Assembly (NCBI GenBank): GCA_000830275.1
Contig: CP010424.1
Span: forward strand, 840,001 to 872,000
Length of the DNA stretch: 32,000 nucleotides
Reading direction: 5' to 3'
DNA from: an archaeon GW2011_AR10
GTDB taxonomy: Archaea > Iainarchaeota > Iainarchaeia > Iainarchaeales > GW2011-AR10
This document shows, in pieces, positions 1 through 8,708 of the stretch (the first letter of the stretch is position 1; each line of letters begins with the position of its first letter). A model generated the notes under the pieces. That model made no database searches, was not told the origin of the DNA, and saw nothing but the letters and a program-made list of their open reading frames with translations. A program made the position numbers and the translations under genes.

Positions 1-1
1 G

Positions 2-952
2 AACCTGCCGGTCAACGGTGCATATGTTAACTGCAGAACCCATAACAGCAAATACAGGGTGTTGATTAAAATGGTGAAAGATTTCTATCCAGACGAGAAC
101 TTTCTGGGTTTTTCAGCTGCATTCGTTTACGAAAAACTTGTTGATTACGTCAACCAAGGAAAACAGCTAGTGATAGTGCTTGATGAAATAGACAAAATAA
201 AGGACTTGGACGAGTTGGTGTACTCTCTTACAAGAGGCAACGATGAAGTGCAAAAAGGCGGCATATCTGTTATAGGCATAAGCAACAACCTGATGTTCAA
301 GGATCGACTTGACCCGAGAACAAAAAGCAGTTTATGCGAGCAGGAAATGATTTTTCCGCCTTACAATGCACCAGAGTTGCGGGAAATACTGAAACAGCGC
401 GCTGAAAAAGCATTCAAAAAAGGAGTTGTAGATGAGTCAGCAATCAATCTCTCTGCTGCAATAGCTGCACAGGAATCAGGAGATGCGAGAACTGCGCTAA
501 TGCTGCTGCTTCGCGCAGGAGAAATCGCTGACAGAAAGAACATGGAAGAAGTAACAGATGCAGAAGTGAAAAAAGCAAAAAGCAAAGTGGAAGAAGAAAT
601 AATTCTGAACATGATAAGCACCCTCCCACAACAACAACAACTTGTGTTGTACGCAATTTCAAGCCTCAGCATAAACAAGAACGGAATCAGAAAGCTTACT
701 GGGCAAATTGAGGAAGGAGTGTTCTTTTCCGGGGATATCTACGAGGAATACAAAAAAATGGCCAAGAGAATCAAGGAAGAGGTTGTTTCAGCAAGATGGT
801 ACAGGCAGTACATAAGCGAGCTGGAAATGTATGGCCTGATAGTTTCAACTGCTTCAGGAAAAGGGATCAAAGGCCAGACAAGGCTGATAAAGCTCGGCTT
901 CGACGCAGGCAAAGTACACGACGTAATAGAAAAAGAACTTATGTATAATTAA
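2..952 (+). CDS. cdc6: Orc1/Cdc6 replication initiator, 5' end outside the window
   Basis: The frame is open from nt 2 (NLPVNGAYVNCRTHNSKYRV precedes the ORF-track GTG at 59). It has a Walker B-like VIVLDEIDK, an AAA+ lid region and a C-terminal winged-helix-like tail (WYRQYISELEMYGLI). The Walker A motif lies upstream of the window. Confidence 0.88.
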   Translation, partial: NLPVNGAYVNCRTHNSKYRVLIKMVKDFYPDENFLGFSAAFVYEKLVDYVNQGKQLVIVLDEIDKIKDLDELVYSLTRGNDEVQKGGISVIGISNNLMFKDRLDPRTKSSLCEQEMIFPPYNAPELREILKQRAEKAFKKGVVDESAINLSAAIAAQESGDARTALMLLLRAGEIADRKNMEEVTDAEVKKAKSKVEEEIILNMISTLPQQQQLVLYAISSLSINKNGIRKLTGQIEEGVFFSGDIYEEYKKMAKRIKEEVVSARWYRQYISELEMYGLIVSTASGKGIKGQTRLIKLGFDAGKVHDVIEKELMYN

Positions 953-956
953 CAAA

Positions 957-3047
957 TTATGTTATCTGCTTCTTAACATTTAAAGCAACTTTAGGGGGAA
1001 GCAATCTCTGCAAGTCAAGCAAATCAACTTTTTTTAGTTCGGCAATTGATTTGATCCCAGCATTGAAAAGCTTTCTTGCTCTTACTCTTCCAATACCGCG
1101 AACCTCGCATAGGTAAATTAGCTCCTCCTTAATCCCTGATTTAAGCCTTTTTCTCATCTTATTCAGTCTTGGCAGATGCTCTTTTAATTCAAGGAGCTTT
1201 GCCAGCTCAAATGCAGCGTAGGCAAGCCAGTCAGCGCGCTGCATTTTTGCATGCAGGATTCCTGGCTGGACATTAAAGGAATCAACAAGGTTTTGCTCGG
1301 AAACCTCCCCAATCCAGTCCTTCAACATTAAGGAAGTATGATACTTTGAAAGCAAATTATAATCGGAAAACATTTCCAATTCAACGTTTATTGGCAGCAA
1401 ATGCTTTTCCTGTTGCAAACGTTCCCATAACTCCGCCTGCCTGCTTCTTGAAACAGAAAGCAAAGGATAAAACTCGGAAGTATTTGAAATAAGGAAAAGG
1501 TAAGACAAGTCATTGAATTTGTTTTTCCTCAGCCCTTCGGTTATTTCATACGCTGAAACCGGGTCAAGGTAGAGCTCCACTACTCTTCTCCCAATAGGGG
1601 TTACATCAATCCTTTTCTCGGAGCTATGCACGAACCCCATTTCTTCTAGCTCTTGCAAAATAGTGGTTATTTTCCTGAAAAGCTCTGAAAGGTTGCCGAA
1701 CTGCTTGGCGTAAAAGGTTGCTGAAAAAAATTTTTCAGCTGAATCCAGGTCAAAAATAAAACCGCTTGAAATCGCTGCAAGCAAATGGAAGCGCAGATTT
1801 GATTCAATGCCGAGCCTCGAATCAATGTTCTCAATTTTGCCATTAATGAAGTAATCAAAGTAATCATCTTTCTCAAAATCGGTTTTAGCAATTAAAATTG
1901 CTTCTCCCTCAGAATCAAAGGCTGGCCGACCTGCTCTGCCACACATTTGTTTGAATTCTGAAACAGGCAGTTTTTCCATTCCAAAGCCGCTGTACCTGTA
2001 AGGCGACGGAATAACCACCCTATAAGCCGGCAAATTGATTCCTGCTGCAAGAGTTGTAGTAGATGAAATGAACTTCAAATGATTTTTTTTGAACAATTCC
2101 TCAATTACCTCCCGCTGCTTCTGCATCAAACCCGCATTGTGAAAGCAGACGCCATTCTTGATTAGTGCAGCAATTGACCTGCACTGCTCTGTTGGCTGCT
2201 CCAAAACATTCAAAGCTTTCTCTGAAGCTTTCTCAAGCTCCTTCTTTTCGGATTCGGTTAATTGCCTTGATGTCAACGAAGCAAGCCTTTTTGCGATTCC
2301 CTCGCTTCTCTTTCGAGTATTAGCAAAAATCAAGGCCTGCTTCCCCCTAGCCAAAGTATCGGCAGCGAGAGCCTCAATATCATCACTTTTTGATTCAATT
2401 TTTTCTTTTCTTTTCCCAAAATCAATCGTGCCTTCAAGGAAAACGCCTTCAACCAGCTTAACTGGCCTGAAATCGCTTTCAACCAGGTCAGCATTAAGCC
2501 ACGAAGCGATTTCTTTTGAGTTAGGAATCGTTGCTGAAAGCCCAAGTACTTGAAGGTTTTTGTTAAAAAACCTCAGCTTTGTTATTACCATTTCAAGTGT
2601 GGAACCCCTGTCAGTGCCAAGAGAATGAATCTCATCAACTATTAACACGCCAATTCCTTGAAGCCAGTCAGCCCTGTGGCGGATAAGCGATTCTAATTTT
2701 TCATATGTGGAGTAGATAATATCATAATTTTTCAAATAGCTTGAAGAAGAATCGAAGTCACCGATTGAAATAGCTGCCCTTATTTGCAAAGAAGCAGAAT
2801 ACTTTTTCTTGAAATCATTAAAATGTTCTGATGCAAGCGCACGCAAAGGGCAAGTGTAAACAACTTTTTTCCTGTTGTTTAAAATCGAATTAAGGGCACT
2901 TAATTCAGCCAAAATTGTTTTGCCTGAAGCAGTAGGGCTGCTGACAACAATGCTTTTATTGAAGAGGTCTTTTTTCAATGCTTTCTGCTGCATCGGATTA
3001 AAGTCGGAAAACCCGTTTGCATTTTTCACTATTTCTTCAATGCCCAT
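957..3047 (-). CDS. hel308: Hel308/Hjm-type Ski2-like DNA helicase
   Basis: Motifs present: Walker A SSPTASGKT, DEIH box (LIVDEIHSL), SAT (LGLSATIPN) and motif VI QMCGRAGRP, plus a long ratchet-like region and a C-terminal HhH (GIGRVRARKLFNAGI). The ATG at 3047 is preferred over the TTG at 3053. The gene converges on cdc6 with a 4-nt gap. Confidence 0.9.
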   Translation of the reverse strand: MGIEEIVKNANGFSDFNPMQQKALKKDLFNKSIVVSSPTASGKTILAELSALNSILNNRKKVVYTCPLRALASEHFNDFKKKYSASLQIRAAISIGDFDSSSSYLKNYDIIYSTYEKLESLIRHRADWLQGIGVLIVDEIHSLGTDRGSTLEMVITKLRFFNKNLQVLGLSATIPNSKEIASWLNADLVESDFRPVKLVEGVFLEGTIDFGKRKEKIESKSDDIEALAADTLARGKQALIFANTRKRSEGIAKRLASLTSRQLTESEKKELEKASEKALNVLEQPTEQCRSIAALIKNGVCFHNAGLMQKQREVIEELFKKNHLKFISSTTTLAAGINLPAYRVVIPSPYRYSGFGMEKLPVSEFKQMCGRAGRPAFDSEGEAILIAKTDFEKDDYFDYFINGKIENIDSRLGIESNLRFHLLAAISSGFIFDLDSAEKFFSATFYAKQFGNLSELFRKITTILQELEEMGFVHSSEKRIDVTPIGRRVVELYLDPVSAYEITEGLRKNKFNDLSYLFLISNTSEFYPLLSVSRSRQAELWERLQQEKHLLPINVELEMFSDYNLLSKYHTSLMLKDWIGEVSEQNLVDSFNVQPGILHAKMQRADWLAYAAFELAKLLELKEHLPRLNKMRKRLKSGIKEELIYLCEVRGIGRVRARKLFNAGIKSIAELKKVDLLDLQRLLPPKVALNVKKQIT

Positions 3048-3049
3048 AA

Positions 3050-3925
3050 TCAAAACCTTTCGGAGGCCTTCGGCAAAAACTTGTAGCCAAGAATCTTGTA
3101 AGCCAGTTTTGCAGCTGCAAAATCAGGCGCACGCAATCCCTTTATGGGGGAAAGCTCAACAAGGTCAGCTCCAACAACTGTCTTGCGTTTAAATAGCTCT
3201 CTGCATAATCCAAGAACAGTTCCCCAGTCCAAACCGCATGGTTCTGGTGTTCCAACAGCAGGCATAATGCTTGGGTCAAATGCATCCAAGTCAATTGAAA
3301 GGTAAACATTTTTTGAGCAAGAATCAACAACCTCTTTTACGGAAAAATCATTTCCAAAAAAAATTTTTACACCGCTTTTTTCAGCAAACTTTTTTTCCTC
3401 TGCACTTAAGCTTCTAACTCCTGCTAAAACAATTTTTGATGTTTCACTGCAGCGGCGCATTACGCAAGCGTGAGAGTATTTTTCTCCATTAAGCTCATTG
3501 CGCAAATCCGCGTGCGCATCAATGCTTAAAACACTTAAATTATCAAAAGATGAAGCGCAGGCTTTAACTGCAGGAAAAGTTATGGAGTGCTCGCCTCCAA
3601 AAAGCAGGGGAAACTTTTTTTGTGAAACAATTTCTTTAACAGAACTTTCAACTGACTCAAGCAGGCCCTTAACGTTTTTTGGTTTAAGGGTTTCGGAAGT
3701 GAATATAGGAACTTCCTTCACAATTTCTTTTCCTAGCTCCAAATCAAACCATTCAAGGTGCTTGGAAGCATCAATAATTGCTTTGGGCCCTGCTTTAGTT
3801 CCTTTCATATATGAAGCCGTTGCTTCAAATGAAACAGGCAGAAGAACTGCTTTGCACTCACTTAAAGGCTTTTGCGGGTGCTCCACAAAATTGTCCAATG
3901 ATTCCTTCAGATAGTTGGATTCCAT
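3050..3925 (-). CDS. speB: Agmatinase / ureohydrolase family protein
   Basis: It carries the Mn-binding ureohydrolase motifs GGEHSITF, SIDAHADL and SIDLDAFDP. Its stop codon lies 2 nt before the hel308 ATG, so co-transcription is likely. Confidence 0.85.
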   Translation of the reverse strand: MESNYLKESLDNFVEHPQKPLSECKAVLLPVSFEATASYMKGTKAGPKAIIDASKHLEWFDLELGKEIVKEVPIFTSETLKPKNVKGLLESVESSVKEIVSQKKFPLLFGGEHSITFPAVKACASSFDNLSVLSIDAHADLRNELNGEKYSHACVMRRCSETSKIVLAGVRSLSAEEKKFAEKSGVKIFFGNDFSVKEVVDSCSKNVYLSIDLDAFDPSIMPAVGTPEPCGLDWGTVLGLCRELFKRKTVVGADLVELSPIKGLRAPDFAAAKLAYKILGYKFLPKASERF

Positions 3926-3982
3926 AATATCAATTTACATGAAGGAACTTTTTTAATTAAAACAACAGGTACTGAAAACCCA

Positions 3983-4174
3983 TTATTCGATTACCTCAAG
4001 CCTTTTTTCCTTAATTAATTCTCCAACTATCTTGTGTACTGTTTCCAAATCAAGGCCCAAATCGTTCGCTGCTTCATCTGGAAAAGCCTCTGAAAATTTC
4101 TCATAATAGCCCAAAAGCTCTTTTTTTGCTGTTTTGTAATCCACGTCCCTCAGCTTTATTATTTCAAGACCCAT
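3983..4174 (-). CDS. Small (63 aa) putative winged-helix protein
   Basis: The composition is balanced, with a helix-turn-helix-like C-terminal half (DLGLDLETVHKIVGELIKEKRLEV). There is no clear SD. It lies in the same orientation as the two small ORFs upstream. Confidence 0.45.
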   Translation of the reverse strand: MGLEIIKLRDVDYKTAKKELLGYYEKFSEAFPDEAANDLGLDLETVHKIVGELIKEKRLEVIE

Positions 4175-4239
4175 AGTGACATCGTATTACTTTTTGTTAT
4201 TAAATTGTCCCTTATTTGGAAAAGATACGAATTTGTCGA

Positions 4240-4494
4240 TTAATGGATTTCATAGATTTTTTCCACTGCCGGCTCTTTCAGCGCAAGGTACTCGTAGGCT
4301 TTCTGGAGCGCGAGAATTGCTTTCGGAATGTCATTCGCTTTTAGGGAGTTTGTGCTCTTCCATTCCTCTCCCTGCTTGTAGCGCCTGTCAAAGGAAACGC
4401 TGTTGTATGTTGTGCCTTCCTTTCCCTCATTGCTCCAGATTGCTACTTGAATTCCTCCAACGCTGATTTTGTGAATTGGCTTATTTTCTGGCAT
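4240..4494 (-). CDS. 84-aa protein, possibly PC4/YdbC-like ssDNA-binding fold
   Basis: A strong SD (GAGGAGGTGG) lies 4 nt before the ATG. The pattern IQVAIWSNEG...SVSFDRRYKQGEEWKSTNSLKANDIPKAILALQKAYEYL resembles the beta-beta-beta-helix layout of the PC4 C-terminal domain. The function call is weak. Confidence 0.6.
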   Translation of the reverse strand: MPENKPIHKISVGGIQVAIWSNEGKEGTTYNSVSFDRRYKQGEEWKSTNSLKANDIPKAILALQKAYEYLALKEPAVEKIYEIH

Positions 4495-4512
4495 AATTCC
4501 ACCTCCTCTTTT

Positions 4513-4599
4513 TCAGTAAGCTCTTTTTAATAGTAAACCAAGCCTTCCTATGGGGTCGTAGTTCGAGGGAACAAACCTTACAATTTTGTTTTCAATCAT
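4513..4599 (-). CDS. Candidate 28-aa micro-ORF (MIENKIVRFVPSNYDPIGRLGLLLKRAY)
   Basis: GGAGGTG (reverse complement of 4606-4612) lies 6 nt upstream of the ATG. An in-frame extension to ATGATG at 4668 would give 51 aa. The ORF is below the ORF-track size cutoff. Confidence 0.3.
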   Translation of the reverse strand: MIENKIVRFVPSNYDPIGRLGLLLKRAY

Positions 4600-4822
4600 T
4601 TCAGCACCTCCAAAGTTGTAAACAGTTATGGCTGAAGGGGCTTTTAAAGAACTTGAAACACACATCATTTCCGGTGCCAAGCAGCCTTTCAGTTCCAGAG
4701 GCCAAACTTCACGATAATGCCCCGTACGCCTAGGAACAATTCAACACAAGCCTATTTTTTCTAGAAATCAAAAGACATGCTATAATATATAGGAATATTA
4801 GGAGATTTGTTCGCTGGATTTT

Positions 4823-5197
4823 TCACTTTACGTATTCCACGTTTTCCATGTTCTTGAATTGCTTGTCACCCGTCAGGAATTTCATGTTCCTTGTTTTGGC
4901 CATTACATACCCTATGCAGTCTATGTAGGACAGCTTCTTTTTCCTGTTTTCCAGCCTGAACTCATTAGCTTGCTTTATGGTGGTTCCATCAACTTCGATT
5001 GTGACGCTTTCAAGGCTGTCATATTTCTCATCTGCAAATTTTCGACCGTATTCTTTCAGCAACCCGTAGTGCAGTTCCATTAGGTTTAGTTTTGTGGTTG
5101 CCCCAGTTACTTTCAGGTATTTTGAATAGTTTGGGTTCCTGTTTATAATCTCAAAGAATGAGTATGTGTCGAAGAAATAGGGTTTTTCTATTCCCAT
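4823..5197 (-). CDS. vapC: PIN-domain toxin (VapC family)
   Basis: It has an N-terminal acidic FFDT motif, a later LTGD and a DCIGY acidic position typical of PIN. It is 124 aa and overlaps the upstream antitoxin gene by 10 nt. Confidence 0.85.
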   Translation of the reverse strand: MGIEKPYFFDTYSFFEIINRNPNYSKYLKVTGATTKLNLMELHYGLLKEYGRKFADEKYDSLESVTIEVDGTTIKQANEFRLENRKKKLSYIDCIGYVMAKTRNMKFLTGDKQFKNMENVEYVK

Positions 5198-5400
5198 CCT
5201 TTTCTCACCATGTCCTTAAACTTTTGGCCGGACATAGTTCTTTTTGGAGCGGAGCCAAAGAGTTTTGAAAAGTCCGTTTTTTTCACGACTTCAATGAGTA
5301 CTTTGTCATTTTCTTTTATCCCCTGCTTTTCAAGGAAATCATTCGGGAATACAGCTCCTTTCGAGTTTCCCCATTTTTTTATCGTAACCTCAACAGCCAC
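5188..5400 (-). CDS. vapB: AbrB/SpoVT (MazE-like) antitoxin
   Basis: VTIKKWGNSKGAVFPNDFLEKQGIKENDKVLIEV is a swapped-hairpin AbrB/MazE signature. The gene has a GTG start with GGTGG 5 nt upstream. Confidence 0.8.
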   Translation of the reverse strand: MAVEVTIKKWGNSKGAVFPNDFLEKQGIKENDKVLIEVVKKTDFSKLFGSAPKRTMSGQKFKDMVRKGWE

Positions 5401-5486
5401 ACAACCACCAGTTATACATTAGTATAATTATAATTAGACTCATTTTTAAGCTTTTTGTAACCTCAATGCCAATGCCAAAGGACAGA

Positions 5487-6143
5487 TCAGCGTTCCTGCG
5501 CCCACTTGAGCATTAATTCGAAGGTGTCAATGTTTTCCTTCAGAGCGGAAATCTTTTTTTTGATGGACCCGAGTTTTTTGCTTGTTATCTCGGTTTTGAA
5601 CTGCACTATTTCGTTGGCGTACTTTCCAACTCTCTTGTCATCCCTGTAAACGATGCTGTTTTCCACTGTTTCAACAAGGTTTTTCCTGTACTCGATGTTT
5701 TCAACAAACATTTGAATCATTGGCTTCCAGCGCTTGTCAGCAACAAGGTGTGCTGGCAACTGCACTGTTTCAGCATCCTTCTTGTAATCAGAGTTACTGG
5801 CAAGCTTTGCCAAGTGCTTCCAGTAAAGAGGGCTTGACAGTTTCAAAATGTTGTGCTTCACGCCGTAAATCTTTGCCTCATTCAGCTCGCGGTTCCAGTC
5901 ACGGTGCTTTCTCTCAAACTCTGCCTTGAGTTTGGCTATTTGCTGCACCTGGGACTTAATGCGCGAAGGAGGAGGATAAACCAGCTTTGGCCAGCTCTTG
6001 CCCTTGGTTTCAACAGAGACAACACCACCGTTGCTGAAGTACTTCTTCAAGGCCTCAATTCTCTCTGACTTGCCCCCCTTAGAGTCAAGCTCGGGGAACT
6101 GCTTTGAAAACACGGAAAAAGACGAAATAATCCTGCTCGCCAT
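5487..6143 (-). CDS. Hypothetical protein (218 aa from the ATG)
   Basis: The ORF-track start at 6206 is TTG, so the ATG at 6143 is preferred. A TATA-like TTTATTAAT lies about 28 nt upstream and there is no SD, which suggests a leaderless mRNA. The protein is K/E-rich and helical with no recognisable motif. Confidence 0.6.
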   Translation of the reverse strand: MASRIISSFSVFSKQFPELDSKGGKSERIEALKKYFSNGGVVSVETKGKSWPKLVYPPPSRIKSQVQQIAKLKAEFERKHRDWNRELNEAKIYGVKHNILKLSSPLYWKHLAKLASNSDYKKDAETVQLPAHLVADKRWKPMIQMFVENIEYRKNLVETVENSIVYRDDKRVGKYANEIVQFKTEITSKKLGSIKKKISALKENIDTFELMLKWAQER

Positions 6144-6220
6144 ACAAAAAAGAAAAAGAAAAGAGATTAATAAATGTTTTCCACCAGAAAAGGTAAGTAG
6201 AAACAAGGAGAAAAGATTAA

Positions 6221-6556
6221 ATGTTCCCCGGAATGGGCAGAATCAACCCAAAACAAATGGTCCAGATGATGAGGCAGATGGGCATCAAAACCGAGGAACT
6301 TGAAGCAGAGCGCGTAATATTTGAATTGAAGGGCAAAAAGCTCGTAATAGAGAACCCTAATGTTACGGCAATGGACATTCAAGGCCAGAAAACCTACACA
6401 GTAATGGGAACAGCAAAAGAAGAAAGCAAGGGTTTCCCGGAAGAAGACATTGAAATGGTTGCAGAGCAAGCAAATGTCAGCAAGGAAAAAGCAAAAAAAG
6501 CCCTGGAAAAAAACGATGGCGACATTGCAGCAGCAATTGCAAGCCTGAAAAAGTAG
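6221..6556 (+). CDS. nac: Nascent polypeptide-associated complex protein (archaeal NAC)
   Basis: It has an N-terminal NPKQMVQMMRQMG, a NAC beta-barrel (VIFELKGKKLVIENPNVTAMDIQGQKTYTV) and a C-terminal UBA-like domain (SKEKAKKALEKNDGDIAAAIASL). An AAGGAG SD is present. Confidence 0.9.
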   Translation: MFPGMGRINPKQMVQMMRQMGIKTEELEAERVIFELKGKKLVIENPNVTAMDIQGQKTYTVMGTAKEESKGFPEEDIEMVAEQANVSKEKAKKALEKNDGDIAAAIASLKK

Positions 6557-6588
6557 CTGCAGGCACCAGGTTTTTTGGGAAGGTTTTT

Positions 6589-6612
6589 ATATAACTATAG
6601 CTATAGTTATAT
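6589..6612. promoter_or_regulatory. 24-bp perfect palindrome ATATAACTATAGCTATAGTTAT AT region upstream of vapB2
   Basis: ATATAACTATAG/CTATAGTTATAT is self-complementary over all 24 nt. It lies 12 nt upstream of the antitoxin ATG (6624) and 33 nt after the nac stop. Confidence 0.6.
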
Positions 6613-6623
6613 TAGATGGTTTT

Positions 6624-6827
6624 ATGGGTGACACCACCACTATTCAGGTGAAGAAGAAAACTGTTAGTTTTTTGGATTGGGTAAAGAAAAAGCATGGCTT
6701 GAGCTCCTATGATGGAGCAATCCAGCAGCTTGGGAAAAAAGAAAAAGGAGCAAGAAAAAGCATGTTTGGTGCCCATCCAAAAATGAAGCAGTTCAAAAGG
6801 CAGGAAGAAGACTTCCATGACCTCTAG
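6624..6827 (+). CDS. vapB: Putative antitoxin partner of the PIN toxin
   Basis: TIQVKKKTVSFLDWVKKKHGLSSYDGAIQQL matches the short archaeal antitoxin pattern (TIQV...SYD..I..L). It overlaps the PIN gene by 11 nt. Confidence 0.65.
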   Translation: MGDTTTIQVKKKTVSFLDWVKKKHGLSSYDGAIQQLGKKEKGARKSMFGAHPKMKQFKRQEEDFHDL

Positions 6828-7209
6828 CTATGTTCTGGATAGCTATGCTTGGGTAGAATATTTTCGTGGAACTGAAAAAGGGGAAACTGTAAGAGTGCTT
6901 TTGGAAAACATGGCCTGCTTCACTCCGGCAATTGTTATTGCAGAGCTTTCAGACAAATACGCAAGAGAAAAATACGATTTTTGGGAGCAGGACCTGCAGT
7001 TTATTATTGAAAACTCTTCAATAATTGACCTGGGAAAGGAAATTGCTGCAGAAGCAGGAAAAATAAAGCAAGCAGTAAGAAAAAAATATAAGAATAATTT
7101 TGGCTTGGCTGATGCGATAATACTTTCAACTGCAAGGAAAATCAATGCACAAGTAGTCACTGGAGACCTTCACTTCAAAAAAATAAAAAACGTAGAATTC
7201 CTAAAATAG
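6817..7209 (+). CDS. vapC: PIN-domain toxin (VapC family)
   Basis: YVLDSYAWVEYF supplies the first acidic residue, AELSDKY and LADAIILSTA supply later ones, and VVTGDLHF is near the C-terminus. The protein is 130 aa. Confidence 0.85.
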   Translation: MTSSYVLDSYAWVEYFRGTEKGETVRVLLENMACFTPAIVIAELSDKYAREKYDFWEQDLQFIIENSSIIDLGKEIAAEAGKIKQAVRKKYKNNFGLADAIILSTARKINAQVVTGDLHFKKIKNVEFLK

Positions 7210-7234
7210 AAAAAGAAATGGGAAAAGAGGTTAA

Positions 7235-8599
7235 TTATTCTTCTGTTTCCGTTGCTTCAAAAGCATTTATGTTTTCAGCGCTGCCCCTTGCTGACTGGAA
7301 AAAAACAGTCAAAGTGACAGAATCCCCTGCAGAATGAGAGGAGAGAACCCTTGCCTCAAAGCTTCCAGAGGCAACAAGAAACTCTTCTTCATCCACCATT
7401 ATGGAAGACGCATTAATTGTTGCAGACTGCCAGACAACAGGCGATGCATTCTTTGAATTCAAAAGCGCTTCAAGCGCTGAAGCAGTCTGCTGTAACCCGC
7501 TTGATGTTGCAGTTGCTGTTCCACCAAAAGAAACGTTCGGCTCGACCACTTCCTTTACAGTGAATTTCAGTGAATTCAACTCGCTAACAAGTTCTTGCTT
7601 GAACTCAGGATAATTAACGGAGCCGTCATACATTATTCCTGCTTTTTTTTCTTCAGAATCAAAATCAAAAGAGGTTACTCCATTAAAGTCTGACAGCAAA
7701 ATGTTTAAGTCGTACTCAAAAACGTTGGCTGATTCCTCAAACAGCACTTCAATGCGCGGAAAAGCAGGGGCAAAATCAAGTTCAGCTGATTCAACGCCTT
7801 CAATTGCTTCAACTTCTTCACGCAACAAGCCCTGCAACTCAATTGAATCACTTAATGGCATGGTTCCCTCAAACAAAAGCGCTGGCTTCATCTCTGAAAT
7901 AGTGAAGCTGCCACCAGCCTCACGGGGAAGCGGTGCAGCCGTCAGGTTAATTTCCTCGAATGCCTGCACGCTTCTAAGGGTTGTTCCAGCAATAGTTGCC
8001 TCAAGAGAAATTTTTAGGTTGTCTCCCGGCATTGCGCCAATGTTAAGGAATGCCCTTGTTTTGGGGTCAGCAAAAACATGCTCTTGGGTCAGGTTAAGCT
8101 GGTCATTCCTGAAAGTCACTTTTTCTGGAAGAGAAACAAGGCCAATGGGAAAGGCCTGAACGCCTGAAAAAACAGGGAGCTGCCTTAAACCTTGGAGAAT
8201 TTCTGCTGGGTCCTTTTCGCTTTCAACCTGAAGCTCAGCAACAAAAATTAGTGAGCTTGCAAAGCTTGGCTGCTGTGGCTGCCTGTAAAAAGAGTTAACT
8301 ACTCTCTCGATTCCCTCAACATTTATTATTTCACGCTCCAGCACTGCTATCTCTGCTTCCTGCGTTGAAGCAGTAATGAACATTGTCGGAAAAATCTGCA
8401 CAACGTTTGCGTCAATGCCTGAAGCGGAAAAACTCAAAGCAGTTGTGTCCTGAATGTTTGGGGCATCAGGCAACTGCCCTTCAGGCGGAACATTTGGAGC
8501 AGAGCCAAACCCTGACTGGTTTAGGAAAAAACTAAAGCCATAAATCGATGAAATCATTATTAAGCCGAGAAAAATTGCGTAAAACTGTTTTTTTTCCAT
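7235..8599 (-). CDS. Membrane-anchored extracellular protein, unknown function
   Basis: The ATG at 8599 gives MEKKQFYAIFLGLIMISSIYGFSFFL, an N-terminal TM or signal anchor; the ORF-track start at 8638 is TTG. The remainder is acidic and S/T-rich with no recognised domain. Confidence 0.7.
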   Translation of the reverse strand: MEKKQFYAIFLGLIMISSIYGFSFFLNQSGFGSAPNVPPEGQLPDAPNIQDTTALSFSASGIDANVVQIFPTMFITASTQEAEIAVLEREIINVEGIERVVNSFYRQPQQPSFASSLIFVAELQVESEKDPAEILQGLRQLPVFSGVQAFPIGLVSLPEKVTFRNDQLNLTQEHVFADPKTRAFLNIGAMPGDNLKISLEATIAGTTLRSVQAFEEINLTAAPLPREAGGSFTISEMKPALLFEGTMPLSDSIELQGLLREEVEAIEGVESAELDFAPAFPRIEVLFEESANVFEYDLNILLSDFNGVTSFDFDSEEKKAGIMYDGSVNYPEFKQELVSELNSLKFTVKEVVEPNVSFGGTATATSSGLQQTASALEALLNSKNASPVVWQSATINASSIMVDEEEFLVASGSFEARVLSSHSAGDSVTLTVFFQSARGSAENINAFEATETEE

Positions 8600-8708
8600 T
8601 GTGGAGCGCCTGCGTTTTAGTTCCTGCTCGCCTGTCAAAAACCGACAAATGAATTGGGCAGCATATTAATGAAACTGAAGCATACATTTTTAGCGGTTTT
8701 TGACAGTA

